The notes beneath the pieces were generated by a model. It did no database searches. It was not told the DNA's origin and saw nothing but the letters and a program-made list of their open reading frames with translations. The translations under genes and the position numbers were made by a program. Shown here in pieces: positions 9,268-17,888 of a stretch of DNA of 64,000 nucleotides. The stretch spans positions 490,535-554,534 of the forward strand of contig CAVQIZ010000005.1 of the NCBI GenBank assembly GCA_963712735.1. Direction: 5' to 3'. Position 1 is the stretch's first letter. Every line of letters begins with the position of its first letter. This DNA is from an uncultured Chloroflexia bacterium (GTDB taxonomy: Bacteria; Chloroflexota; Limnocylindria; Limnocylindrales; CSP1-4).

Positions 9268-10834
9268 GTACCGACTCGGCGCGCTCGTCGACCTGTTGCA
9301 GCAGCGCGGCCAGCTTGCCGCCGAGCCACTGCCGGCACACGGGGGCGAGTCGGACCCGCCCGTCGGAGCCGTGCGCTACGACTCGCGCAGGGTCGGGCCA
9401 GGCGACATCTTCGTCGCCCGCCGCGGACGGCATGCCGACGGCCACGATCACGTGCCCGCAGCCGTAGCTGCGGGGGCCGCTGCCGTCATCGTGGAGCGTC
9501 CACTGCCCGGGGTCACGGTCCCCCAGCTGGTCGTGTGCGACGCTCCCACCGCCCTCGGGCTGGCCGCGGCCTGGCGCGCCGGCGACCCGTCGTGGGCGCT
9601 CGGCATCGTCGGTATCACCGGCACCGATGGCAAGACCACGACCGCCTACCTCGTGCGCAGCATCCTCGAGGCGACCATGGGGCCCTGTGGCCTGCTGGGC
9701 ACGACCGACGTCATCGTCGGTGGAGAGAGCCTGGGCAACGCGGCCCGCACCAGCACGCCGGAGGCTCCCGAGCTGCAGACGTTCCTGGCGGACATGGTCA
9801 GCGCCGGCGACGACTGGGCCGTGGTGGAGTCGAGCTCACACGGCCTGGCGCAGCAGCGCGTGGGTGGCGTGGCCTACGACGTGGCCGTGTTCACCAACAT
9901 CACGTCCGAGCACCTGGAGTACCACGGCTCGCTGGACGCCTACCGGGCGGCCAAGCGCAGCCTGTTCGCGCGCCTCGCCACAGGCGCCGAGAACCCGGAG
10001 AAGGGCTGGGGCAAGCACGCGGTCGTCAACGCCGACGATGCCGAGGGTGAGGCGATGGCGAGGGCAGCGGTCGCCGCCGGCGCGCGCGTGTGGCGCTACG
10101 GTCTGGCCGGTGACCTGTGCAGTCGCGAGGCGGCCGCCCTGGACCTGGCCGCCATTGGTCTCGAGGAACGCGGTGACCGCATGCGCGTGGCCATGCAGGC
10201 CGGAGCGTGGCAGGGTGCCGTCGATCTGCGCCTGGCTGGACGTTTCAACGTAGCCAACGCGCTCGCGGCCATGGGAGTCGCGGCGGCCCTGCGCCTGGAC
10301 CTCGATGCCGCGGCGGGGGCGCTCGCCGGGCTCGACGGTGTGCCCGGCCGCATGCAGCGCATCGACGAAGGTCAGCCGTTCAGCGTGATCGTCGACTATG
10401 CCCACACGGCCGACTCGCTGGCCAAGGTCCTCGACGAACTGCGTCCCAGCGAGCGCCGAGGCGGGCTGATCGCTGTCTTCGGCTCGGCCGGCGAGCGCGA
10501 CCCCAGCAAGCGCGAGCCCATGGGACGCGTCGCGGGCGAACGCTGTCGAGTGGTCATCGTCACCGACGAGGACCCCCGCGGCGAAGACCGCGGCACCATC
10601 CTCGCCGCGATCGCGGCTGGAGCCGAAGCAGCCGGGCGGACGCGCGACGAGGACCTGTTCGTCATCCCCGAGCGCGCAGAGGCCATCCGTGCGGCCATGC
10701 GGCTGGCACATCCCGGTGACGTCGTGCTGCTGGCGGGCAAGGGTCACGAGAAGACCATCGAGGCGGCGGATGGGGAGATCGCCTGGGACGAGGCCGCGGT
10801 CGCGCGCGAGGCCATCCGCATGCGCGGCGACTGA
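9260..10834 (+). CDS. murE: UDP-N-acetylmuramoyl-dipeptide:diamino acid ligase MurE
   Basis: GITGTDGKTTT P-loop, TPEAPELQ, ESSSHGL, FTNITSEHL, VPGRMQ, VDYAHT, LLAGKGHE; specificity motif reads EDPR; start set at GTG 9260 overlapping the upstream stop. Confidence 0.95.
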   Translation: MTEYRLGALVDLLQQRGQLAAEPLPAHGGESDPPVGAVRYDSRRVGPGDIFVARRGRHADGHDHVPAAVAAGAAAVIVERPLPGVTVPQLVVCDAPTALGLAAAWRAGDPSWALGIVGITGTDGKTTTAYLVRSILEATMGPCGLLGTTDVIVGGESLGNAARTSTPEAPELQTFLADMVSAGDDWAVVESSSHGLAQQRVGGVAYDVAVFTNITSEHLEYHGSLDAYRAAKRSLFARLATGAENPEKGWGKHAVVNADDAEGEAMARAAVAAGARVWRYGLAGDLCSREAAALDLAAIGLEERGDRMRVAMQAGAWQGAVDLRLAGRFNVANALAAMGVAAALRLDLDAAAGALAGLDGVPGRMQRIDEGQPFSVIVDYAHTADSLAKVLDELRPSERRGGLIAVFGSAGERDPSKREPMGRVAGERCRVVIVTDEDPRGEDRGTILAAIAAGAEAAGRTRDEDLFVIPERAEAIRAAMRLAHPGDVVLLAGKGHEKTIEAADGEIAWDEAAVAREAIRMRGD

Positions 10835-10841
10835 AACGCGG

Positions 10842-12338
10842 TCAGCCCTTCCCCAGCACCGCCTTCACCATCTTGCCCATGGGCTCGTCGGTGTACCAGT
10901 TGCCCTGGTTGGATAGCAGCACGATCGACACACCTGACTGTGGGAAGTGCCACATCGACGATTCGTAGCCGCGGATGCCTCCCCGGTGGCCGTAGGCACG
11001 GTGGCCCCAGAACACGGCCACGTCCGTGCCCAGACCGTAGAGGCCCGGCTGCAGCATCGTCGTCATCTCCGCGAGCGACTCGGGCGAGAGCACCGTGCCG
11101 CCGTAGAGGGCATCAGCCCAGATGGCCAGGTCCTTCGCCGTGGAGGCCATGGCGCCCGCAGCGTCAGCCACCGTGACTGCTGCCATGAAGGGAACCAGGA
11201 TGGAGTCACGCGTGTGGTCCATGTAGCCGCTGCCGGTGTTCCAGTGCCCGTGGGCGGCGTCTGCCGCGGGTACCTCGGCGGGCTGGTAGACGGTGTGCTG
11301 CATCCCCAGCGGCTCGAAGAAACGCTGCCGCAGCTGCTGGTGGATGGGCGTGCCCTCGACGGCTTCGGCGACCCGGCGCAGGATGAGGTAGTTCGTGTTC
11401 GAGTAGTGGTAGTCCCTGCCGGGCTTGAAGTAGCCGCTCTTGACGAGGCCCATCATCTCGTCGTAGGTCCACTCGTGATCGCGCGCCCTGATGCCCTCGG
11501 CCGCTGGTTCCCGGTACCACGCGTCGGTGACGACACCGTACTGCGGATGCTCCCAGAAGTTGTAGATGCCGCTGGTGTGGCTGAGCAACTGGCGCAGCGT
11601 CACGTTCTTGCTCCGCGGAGCGTCCTCGAAGTAGGTCCCGAAGGGCACGTCGAGGTCGACCTTGCCCTCCTCGGCCAACTGCAGGATGAGTGCGGCGATG
11701 AACGTCTTGGTGACACTGGCGATGGCGAACTGGGTGTCCTGCGCGATGGGGCGGGCGGGCTCCATCTCCGCCTTGCCAGCCGAACCCAGCCACGTCTCGC
11801 CCGAGGGCAGCATCACGGCCGCCTGCAGCCCGGCCACACCCTGCTTCGCCACGGTGTTGCGCAGGATGCGCTGCAGCTTCCGCGTCGTCGCAGCGTCCAG
11901 ACGCACGTCCGTATCCGCGCCCGCCGGCTCGACAGGTGGTGAGCTCTCTGCGGCGCCCGGCGTAGCCGCCAGAGCCGCGAGCGACGGTAGCGCCTGCGCG
12001 GCCACTCCGGGCGTGCTGCTGGGCGCCGTCGGCTCGACTGCCGACGATGGCGCCGCGCGCGCTAGGAGCTGGGCGAGAGGCGTCGACCCCGGGCTCGCCG
12101 ACACCACAGGCGAAGGCGTCGGCACGACGCTCGGCGGCCGAGCCGGGGTCTCGACCGTCAGCGCAGCCTGCGCCCGTGAGTCGGGCGCCCCCACCCCTTC
12201 ACTCCGGGCCCCCGGTCCCGTCGTCGGCTCCGTTTCGCCGGCCACGGTCGTGCAGGAGACGAGCACGCTCAGCGAGAGCGCCAACAGCGCGTAGGGGAGG
12301 CGCGTACGCCCGCGGGCGGGCTGTGACCACGGCTTCAC
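10842..12338 (-). CDS. Serine hydrolase, beta-lactamase/AmpC/D-Ala-D-Ala peptidase family, predicted lipoprotein with Pro/Ala/Ser/Thr linker
   Basis: SxxK (ASVTK), YxN (YSN), HRGG; lipobox-like LVSC; TACCGT box 8 nt upstream of GTG 12338. Confidence 0.88.
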   Translation of the reverse strand: MKPWSQPARGRTRLPYALLALSLSVLVSCTTVAGETEPTTGPGARSEGVGAPDSRAQAALTVETPARPPSVVPTPSPVVSASPGSTPLAQLLARAAPSSAVEPTAPSSTPGVAAQALPSLAALAATPGAAESSPPVEPAGADTDVRLDAATTRKLQRILRNTVAKQGVAGLQAAVMLPSGETWLGSAGKAEMEPARPIAQDTQFAIASVTKTFIAALILQLAEEGKVDLDVPFGTYFEDAPRSKNVTLRQLLSHTSGIYNFWEHPQYGVVTDAWYREPAAEGIRARDHEWTYDEMMGLVKSGYFKPGRDYHYSNTNYLILRRVAEAVEGTPIHQQLRQRFFEPLGMQHTVYQPAEVPAADAAHGHWNTGSGYMDHTRDSILVPFMAAVTVADAAGAMASTAKDLAIWADALYGGTVLSPESLAEMTTMLQPGLYGLGTDVAVFWGHRAYGHRGGIRGYESSMWHFPQSGVSIVLLSNQGNWYTDEPMGKMVKAVLGKG

Positions 12339-12508
12339 GATGGACGACGGTACACCCAGTCCACCGCCCGTGCCGTCGCGTGGATGTCGTTGCGGTCGAG
12401 GTGAGATTGCGTTCGCTTCACTCTCGCTGCCGGCTCTCGCAGGCCGAGCCATCGATGGCGAGCGAGGACTAGACTGCTCCCACCTTGAACCGCCACGCTG
12501 GAGATCGG

Positions 12509-13084
12509 ATGAGATTCGCCAAGACCGCCACGGCCGTCCTCGCCCTGGCACTGCTGCTTCCGGCCGGCACCGTGGCGGCCCAGGACGCCAGCCCTGTCCC
12601 CAGTGCGGAGCCGCCAGTGGGCGTGGCGCTCGACCTCATCCCGACCGAGGCAGGCGGACTCGTTCTGCGCGAGCAGGCCATGACCTTCAGCGGCCAGGAG
12701 ATGCGTGACAACTCCGACGCCGATGAGCTCGTGCTACTTGATACCGCGATCGCCGCTGCCGGCGACCCCGAGATCGACTCGATGGGCGTCGCCGCAGTCC
12801 TTGCCAGCACCGCCGATGGGCAGGGCGGCATCATGCTCCAGGCGATCGAGATCCCCGGCCTGGCCCCTTCGGACGGCATCGCCTTCTGGACTGCCATGCT
12901 CGACCTGGCCAACGAGACCTCGACCAGCGAGGAGGTGGACGTGGCCGGCAAGACGGCGGTCGCCTACACCAGCCCTGACGACCCTGACATGACGGCTCAT
13001 CTCTATGCTGTCGAGGGCGCAGCCTGGCTGATCATCGCCAGCGACGCGGCGCTGCTCGAGGACGTGCTCAGCGAGCTGCCCTGA
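12509..13084 (+). CDS. Secreted hypothetical protein
   Basis: Signal peptide MRFAKTATAVLALALLLPAGTVAA|QD; GGAG SD; acidic mature region. Confidence 0.75.
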   Translation: MRFAKTATAVLALALLLPAGTVAAQDASPVPSAEPPVGVALDLIPTEAGGLVLREQAMTFSGQEMRDNSDADELVLLDTAIAAAGDPEIDSMGVAAVLASTADGQGGIMLQAIEIPGLAPSDGIAFWTAMLDLANETSTSEEVDVAGKTAVAYTSPDDPDMTAHLYAVEGAAWLIIASDAALLEDVLSELP

Positions 13085-13148
13085 TCCTGTCCTCGCTTCT
13101 GCCCGCGCCGGGCCTGCCGCTGGGCAGGTTCGTTACACTCGGCAAGAG

Positions 13149-15401
13149 ATGACCAGCCCCCCCACCGAGCACATCCAGACCGCCACCGCTCCGTCGGCGC
13201 ACGGGCCGGCTCGTTCGAAGCGCCGTGCGAGGCCCGTGCCCGCGGAAGACTTCTCACCGGCGGGGATGCAACGGCAGCTCGAACTAGTGGAGCAGGAGGT
13301 CCGGCAGCGCTATCCACAGGCGGACCTGACGCCGCTGGCACAGTCGTTCGCCTTTGCCGTCGACGCGCATGCCGACCAGAAGCGCGTCAGCGGCGAGCCC
13401 TATGTCAGTCACCCTCTCGCGGTGGCCAGGATCCTCGCCGAGCTGGGGCTGGACCCGGTGGCGGTCACGGCCGCTCTGCTGCACGACATTCCCGAGGACA
13501 CCGAGTACTCGCTCGCCGACCTGGAGGAGCGCTTCGGCCCGGATGTCGCGCGGCTCGTCGACGGGGTCACCAAGCTGGGCAAGTTCAGCACCCTGACCCA
13601 TGAGCAGCAGCAGGCAGAGAACATCCGCAAGATGTTCCTGGCCATGGCGGAGGACATCCGCGTCGTGCTCATCAAGCTGGCCGATCGGCTCCACAACATG
13701 CGCACCCTCGGGGCTCTGCCGCCAGCCAAGCAGATGCGTATCGCCCGCCAGACCGCGGAGATCTACGCGCCCCTGGCCGAGCGCCTCGGCATCTGGCAGA
13801 TGAAGTGGGAGCTCGAGGACCTCTCCTTCAAGTACCTCGACCCAGAGGCATACCGCGAACTGGCGAGCCAGCTGGAGACGCACCGCACCGCGCGTGAGGC
13901 CTATGTGGACCGGGCCATGGACGTGCTGCAGTCGGCGCTGCTGGAAGCCGGCATCGAGGCCGAGCTCTCCGGGCGACCCAAGCACATCTACAGCATCCAC
14001 AAGAAGATGCAGCGCAAGCGCGCGGAATTCGGCGAGATCTACGACGTCCATGCCCTGCGCGTGCTGGTCGAGAACGTGCGCGAGTGCTACGCGGCACTGG
14101 GCGTGGTGCACTCGCTGTGGCGCCCCATCCCCGGGCAGTTCGACGACTACATCGCGATGCCCAAGAACAACATGTATCAGAGCCTCCACACCGCCGTCGT
14201 CGCCCTCGACGGCAAGCCACTGGAGGTGCAGATCCGATCGCACGACATGCACCGGGTCTCGGAGGTCGGCATCGCTGCCCACTGGCGCTACAAGGAAGGG
14301 TCGCGCTCCGACCGGGCCTACGATGCCAAGCTGGCATGGGTCCGCCAGCTCATGGAGTGGCAGCGCGACGTGTCGGACGCCACCGAGTTCATCGAGGGCG
14401 TCAAGCTGGACATCTTCCAGGACCAGGTGTTCGTCTTCACGCCGGCTGGCGATGTCAAGGACATGCCGGCCGGCGCGACACCGCTCGACTTCGCCTACCG
14501 CATCCATACGGAGGTCGGCCACGCCTGCATCGGCAGCAAGGTCAACAACCGTCTCGTGCCGCTGGACTACAAGCTCAAGAACGGCGACATCGTCGAGATC
14601 GTCACCACCAAGAGCGCGCACGGACCGTCGCGCGACTGGCTCAACATCGTCACCACCAGCCATGCGCGCGAGAAGATCCGCCAGTGGTTCAAGCGCCAGC
14701 AGCGTGACGAGAACATCACCCACGGCAAGCAGCTGCTCGATCGCGAGCTGCATCGCCTGGCGCGCACCAGCCTTGACAAGATCGACCACGACAAGCTCGA
14801 GGAGCTGGCCGACCAGCACAACCTCAAGACCGTCGACGACTTCTTCGCCGCCATCGGCTACGGGCAGATCGGCGCCCAGCAGATCGTCTCCCGGCTGGGT
14901 GTGGTGGACGACGTCGACGAGGTCCAGCTGCCGCAGGTGGCGCCGCCACCACCGCAGCCCGGCGGCGTGCGCGTCCGCGGGGTGGGCGACCTCCTGGTCC
15001 GCTTCAGCAAGTGCTGCCACCCCATCCCGGGCGACCCCATCATGGGCTTCATCACCCGTGGCCGCGGTGTCACGGTCCACCTCGCCACCTGCCCCACGGT
15101 AGTCAACGAACGCGCGGTGGAGCGGCTCATCGACGTCGAGTGGGAGACCGCGGCCCAGCAGACGTACGCCATCGCCATCCTCATCGAGGCCTACGACCGC
15201 ACCGGCCTGCTGAGCGAGATCAGCAACGTCATGGCCGAGGACAAGATCAACATCGTGGCCGCCAGCGTGAAGGTGCACAAAGACCACCGCGCCACCGTGC
15301 AGGCGACGCTGGAGGTCTCGTCGGTGGCGCAGCTGTCACGCGTCATGGCACACCTCGAGCAGCTCAAGGACGTCTACTCGGTGCAGCGCGACCGGTCTTA
15401 G
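13149..15401 (+). CDS. relA: Long RelA/SpoT homologue (Rel): hydrolase, synthetase, TGS, ZFD and ACT domains
   Basis: SGEPYVSHP, LLHDIPEDT, IKLADRLHNMRT, GRPKHIYSI, YQSLHT, EVQIR, AAHWRYKEG, KVNNRLVPL, CCHPIPGD. Confidence 0.97.
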   Translation: MTSPPTEHIQTATAPSAHGPARSKRRARPVPAEDFSPAGMQRQLELVEQEVRQRYPQADLTPLAQSFAFAVDAHADQKRVSGEPYVSHPLAVARILAELGLDPVAVTAALLHDIPEDTEYSLADLEERFGPDVARLVDGVTKLGKFSTLTHEQQQAENIRKMFLAMAEDIRVVLIKLADRLHNMRTLGALPPAKQMRIARQTAEIYAPLAERLGIWQMKWELEDLSFKYLDPEAYRELASQLETHRTAREAYVDRAMDVLQSALLEAGIEAELSGRPKHIYSIHKKMQRKRAEFGEIYDVHALRVLVENVRECYAALGVVHSLWRPIPGQFDDYIAMPKNNMYQSLHTAVVALDGKPLEVQIRSHDMHRVSEVGIAAHWRYKEGSRSDRAYDAKLAWVRQLMEWQRDVSDATEFIEGVKLDIFQDQVFVFTPAGDVKDMPAGATPLDFAYRIHTEVGHACIGSKVNNRLVPLDYKLKNGDIVEIVTTKSAHGPSRDWLNIVTTSHAREKIRQWFKRQQRDENITHGKQLLDRELHRLARTSLDKIDHDKLEELADQHNLKTVDDFFAAIGYGQIGAQQIVSRLGVVDDVDEVQLPQVAPPPPQPGGVRVRGVGDLLVRFSKCCHPIPGDPIMGFITRGRGVTVHLATCPTVVNERAVERLIDVEWETAAQQTYAIAILIEAYDRTGLLSEISNVMAEDKINIVAASVKVHKDHRATVQATLEVSSVAQLSRVMAHLEQLKDVYSVQRDRS

Positions 15402-15450
15402 CGCGGGGGCGAGGCGCCGGGGCGATCGTGCGCCGCTAGACTCGTCGGCG

Positions 15451-16755
15451 ATGTCCAAGTTCCAGGCCCCCAGGGGCACTCGCGACCTCCTGCCGCCGGA
15501 GCGAGCCGTCTTCCTACGCCTGGAGCAGGCTGCCCGCGACCTCGCCATGCGCTATGGCTACGCACCCATCGAAACGCCTCTCTTCGAGGCCTCGGCCGTC
15601 TACGAGCGCGGTGTCGGTGAGGCCACCGACGTGGTCGAGAAGGAGCTCTTCCGTGTCCAGGCCGGGCGCGGCGAGTCCGAGCGCGAGCGCTGGGCCCTGC
15701 GACCCGAGCCGACCGCCGGCATCGTGCGTGCCTACGTACAGCACGGCATGCGCACTTGGCCACAGCCGGTGAAGCTGACCCTCAGCGGGCCGATGTTCCG
15801 CTACGACCGTCCCCAGGCGGGGCGCTACCGTCAGTTCTGGCAGTTCGACGTGGAGGCGATCGGCGATGCGGGTCCCGCCATCGATGCCGAGATCATCGAG
15901 CTGGCGATGACCTTCTTCGACACTGTCGGGCTGGGCGACGTCGAGGTCATGGTCAACTCCATCGGTGACGGCACCTGCCGACCGGCGTACGTGGAGGCGC
16001 TGCGCGGCTACTTCGCCGGCCATGCCCAGGACCTGCCGGAACTTGAGCGAGCACGTCTCGACACCAACCCGCTGCGGCTGCTCGATTCCAAGGACGAGCG
16101 CATGCAGCCGCTCATCGAGGCCGCCCCCACCATCAGCGCACACCTGTGCGACGCGTGCCAGGCGCACTTCGACGGGCTGCTCGAGCACCTCGCGTCCGTG
16201 TCGATCGAGCCGACCATCGCACCATCGCTCGTTCGTGGGCTGGACTACTACACGCGCACCGCCTTCGAGTTCTATCGCGCGGGCGCCCACGGCCAGCAGC
16301 AGGCGCTGGGCGGAGGCGGACGGTACGACGGTCTCGTCGAGCTGCTGGGCGGCCAGCCCACGCCCGGCATCGGCTTCGGCATCGGTCTTGATCGGGTCGC
16401 CATCGCGCTCGAGGAGGCGGACACCAAGCCGGCTGCCGAGGCCTGGAGGCCGGTGGTGGTCGTGGTCGGTACCGACCCCGAGGACACCGTCGTGCGGCTG
16501 CAGCTGGCGACCGAGCTTCGCGGCGCGGGCATGTCCTGCCGTGCAGACCTGACCGCGCGGCGGCTGGGCAAGCAGCTCGACGGCGCAGCGCGCGCGGGCG
16601 CCCATTTCGCTGTCATCTGCGGCGACGAGCTCGACGCCGGCCACGTCCTGGTCAAGGACCTCGATGCCGGCACTCAGCGCCAGGTCGATGTGACCGAGCT
16701 GGCCCGTGACCTCGCCCGGGCGCACGCCCAGCACCGTCACGGCGAGGGGGCTTGA
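15451..16755 (+). CDS. hisS: Histidine--tRNA ligase
   Basis: APRGTRDLLP, LRPEPTAGIVR, FRYDRPQAGRYRQFWQ, LVRGLDYYTRT, GGGRYDGL. Confidence 0.98.
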   Translation: MSKFQAPRGTRDLLPPERAVFLRLEQAARDLAMRYGYAPIETPLFEASAVYERGVGEATDVVEKELFRVQAGRGESERERWALRPEPTAGIVRAYVQHGMRTWPQPVKLTLSGPMFRYDRPQAGRYRQFWQFDVEAIGDAGPAIDAEIIELAMTFFDTVGLGDVEVMVNSIGDGTCRPAYVEALRGYFAGHAQDLPELERARLDTNPLRLLDSKDERMQPLIEAAPTISAHLCDACQAHFDGLLEHLASVSIEPTIAPSLVRGLDYYTRTAFEFYRAGAHGQQQALGGGGRYDGLVELLGGQPTPGIGFGIGLDRVAIALEEADTKPAAEAWRPVVVVVGTDPEDTVVRLQLATELRGAGMSCRADLTARRLGKQLDGAARAGAHFAVICGDELDAGHVLVKDLDAGTQRQVDVTELARDLARAHAQHRHGEGA

Positions 16756-16774
16756 CCACGGCTCGACCCGGCCC

Positions 16775-17839
16775 ATGACCCTCTCGTTGCATGACGCAGG
16801 CGAGACCGACCGCGCCGGCTGGAACGCGTTCCTGGCCTCCCGGCCGGAGGGTGACGTGCTGCAGTCGTGGGCCTGGGGCCTGGCCGGTGCGGGCGAACCC
16901 AACGAGCGTTGGTCGCGCATCCTGGTCATCGACGGCGGCGGGCACGTACGCGGCGTGGCCCAGATCCTGGACCGGGCCACCCTGCTCGGCCGCAGCGTTC
17001 TCTACGTACCGCATGGTCCGGTGTGGGATCGCGACGCGCCCGATGCAGCCGAGGTGCTGGCACGCCTCCTGAGCGGCATCAAGCTCCATGCCAAGTCGCG
17101 TCGCGGCATCGTGCTCAAGCTGGACCCGCGCGGGTCCGGCGACGCAGCGAGCGATGCCGCCGTCGGACGGGCGCTGCTGGCGACCGCACAGCGTTCCCCG
17201 CACGACCTGCAGGCACCCACCACGCGCCTGGTCGACCTCCGGGCCGGCGCGGACCCGGTGGCGAGCTGGAGCAAGGATGCCCGTGCGGAGCTCAGGCGAG
17301 CCGAGCGCGAGGGCACCACGGTCATCCTCGATCGGCGGGGCGACAGCGCGCTGCTCGACACGTTCCACGACCTGCTCTCGGAGACTTCCGAGCGGGCGGG
17401 CTTCCGCATCCGTTCGCGCGACTTCCTGTCGCGCCTCGCGGAGCCGCTGGCCGCGAGCGGGGACTGGTTCATGGCCATCGCCGAGCACGAGGGCACGCCG
17501 CTGGCAGGTGCCATCGCACCCCGCTGCGGAGACCGCGCGTACTACCTGTACGCCGCGTCTGCGCGCGACCCGGAGCTTGCCCGCAGGCGTGGCCCGTACG
17601 CCGCGATGGCAGGACTCCAGCGCGGGCTGCGCGACGCTGGCACGAGCAGCCTCGACCTCTGGGGCGTTCGAGAGCGGGATGACCAGAGCGTCGATGCGGC
17701 CTGGGAGGGCTTCAGCGTCTTCAAACGCCGCTTCGGCGGTAGTGCCCTGCGCCATCCGGGCACCTTTGACATCGTCATCGATCCCGCCTGGAACCGCATC
17801 CGGGATCTGCGCGAACGTCTTCGCGGCGCCCTGCGATGA
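16775..17839 (+). CDS. FemABX-like peptidyltransferase, copy 3
   Basis: DVLQSWAWG, LYVPHGPV, WSKDARAELRRAEREG, GFSVFKRRFGG. Confidence 0.85.
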   Translation: MTLSLHDAGETDRAGWNAFLASRPEGDVLQSWAWGLAGAGEPNERWSRILVIDGGGHVRGVAQILDRATLLGRSVLYVPHGPVWDRDAPDAAEVLARLLSGIKLHAKSRRGIVLKLDPRGSGDAASDAAVGRALLATAQRSPHDLQAPTTRLVDLRAGADPVASWSKDARAELRRAEREGTTVILDRRGDSALLDTFHDLLSETSERAGFRIRSRDFLSRLAEPLAASGDWFMAIAEHEGTPLAGAIAPRCGDRAYYLYAASARDPELARRRGPYAAMAGLQRGLRDAGTSSLDLWGVRERDDQSVDAAWEGFSVFKRRFGGSALRHPGTFDIVIDPAWNRIRDLRERLRGALR

Positions 17840-17888
17840 CACCGGCGGCAGGAAGGCCGCGCCGCGCCCAGCTACCATGTCATTCCCG

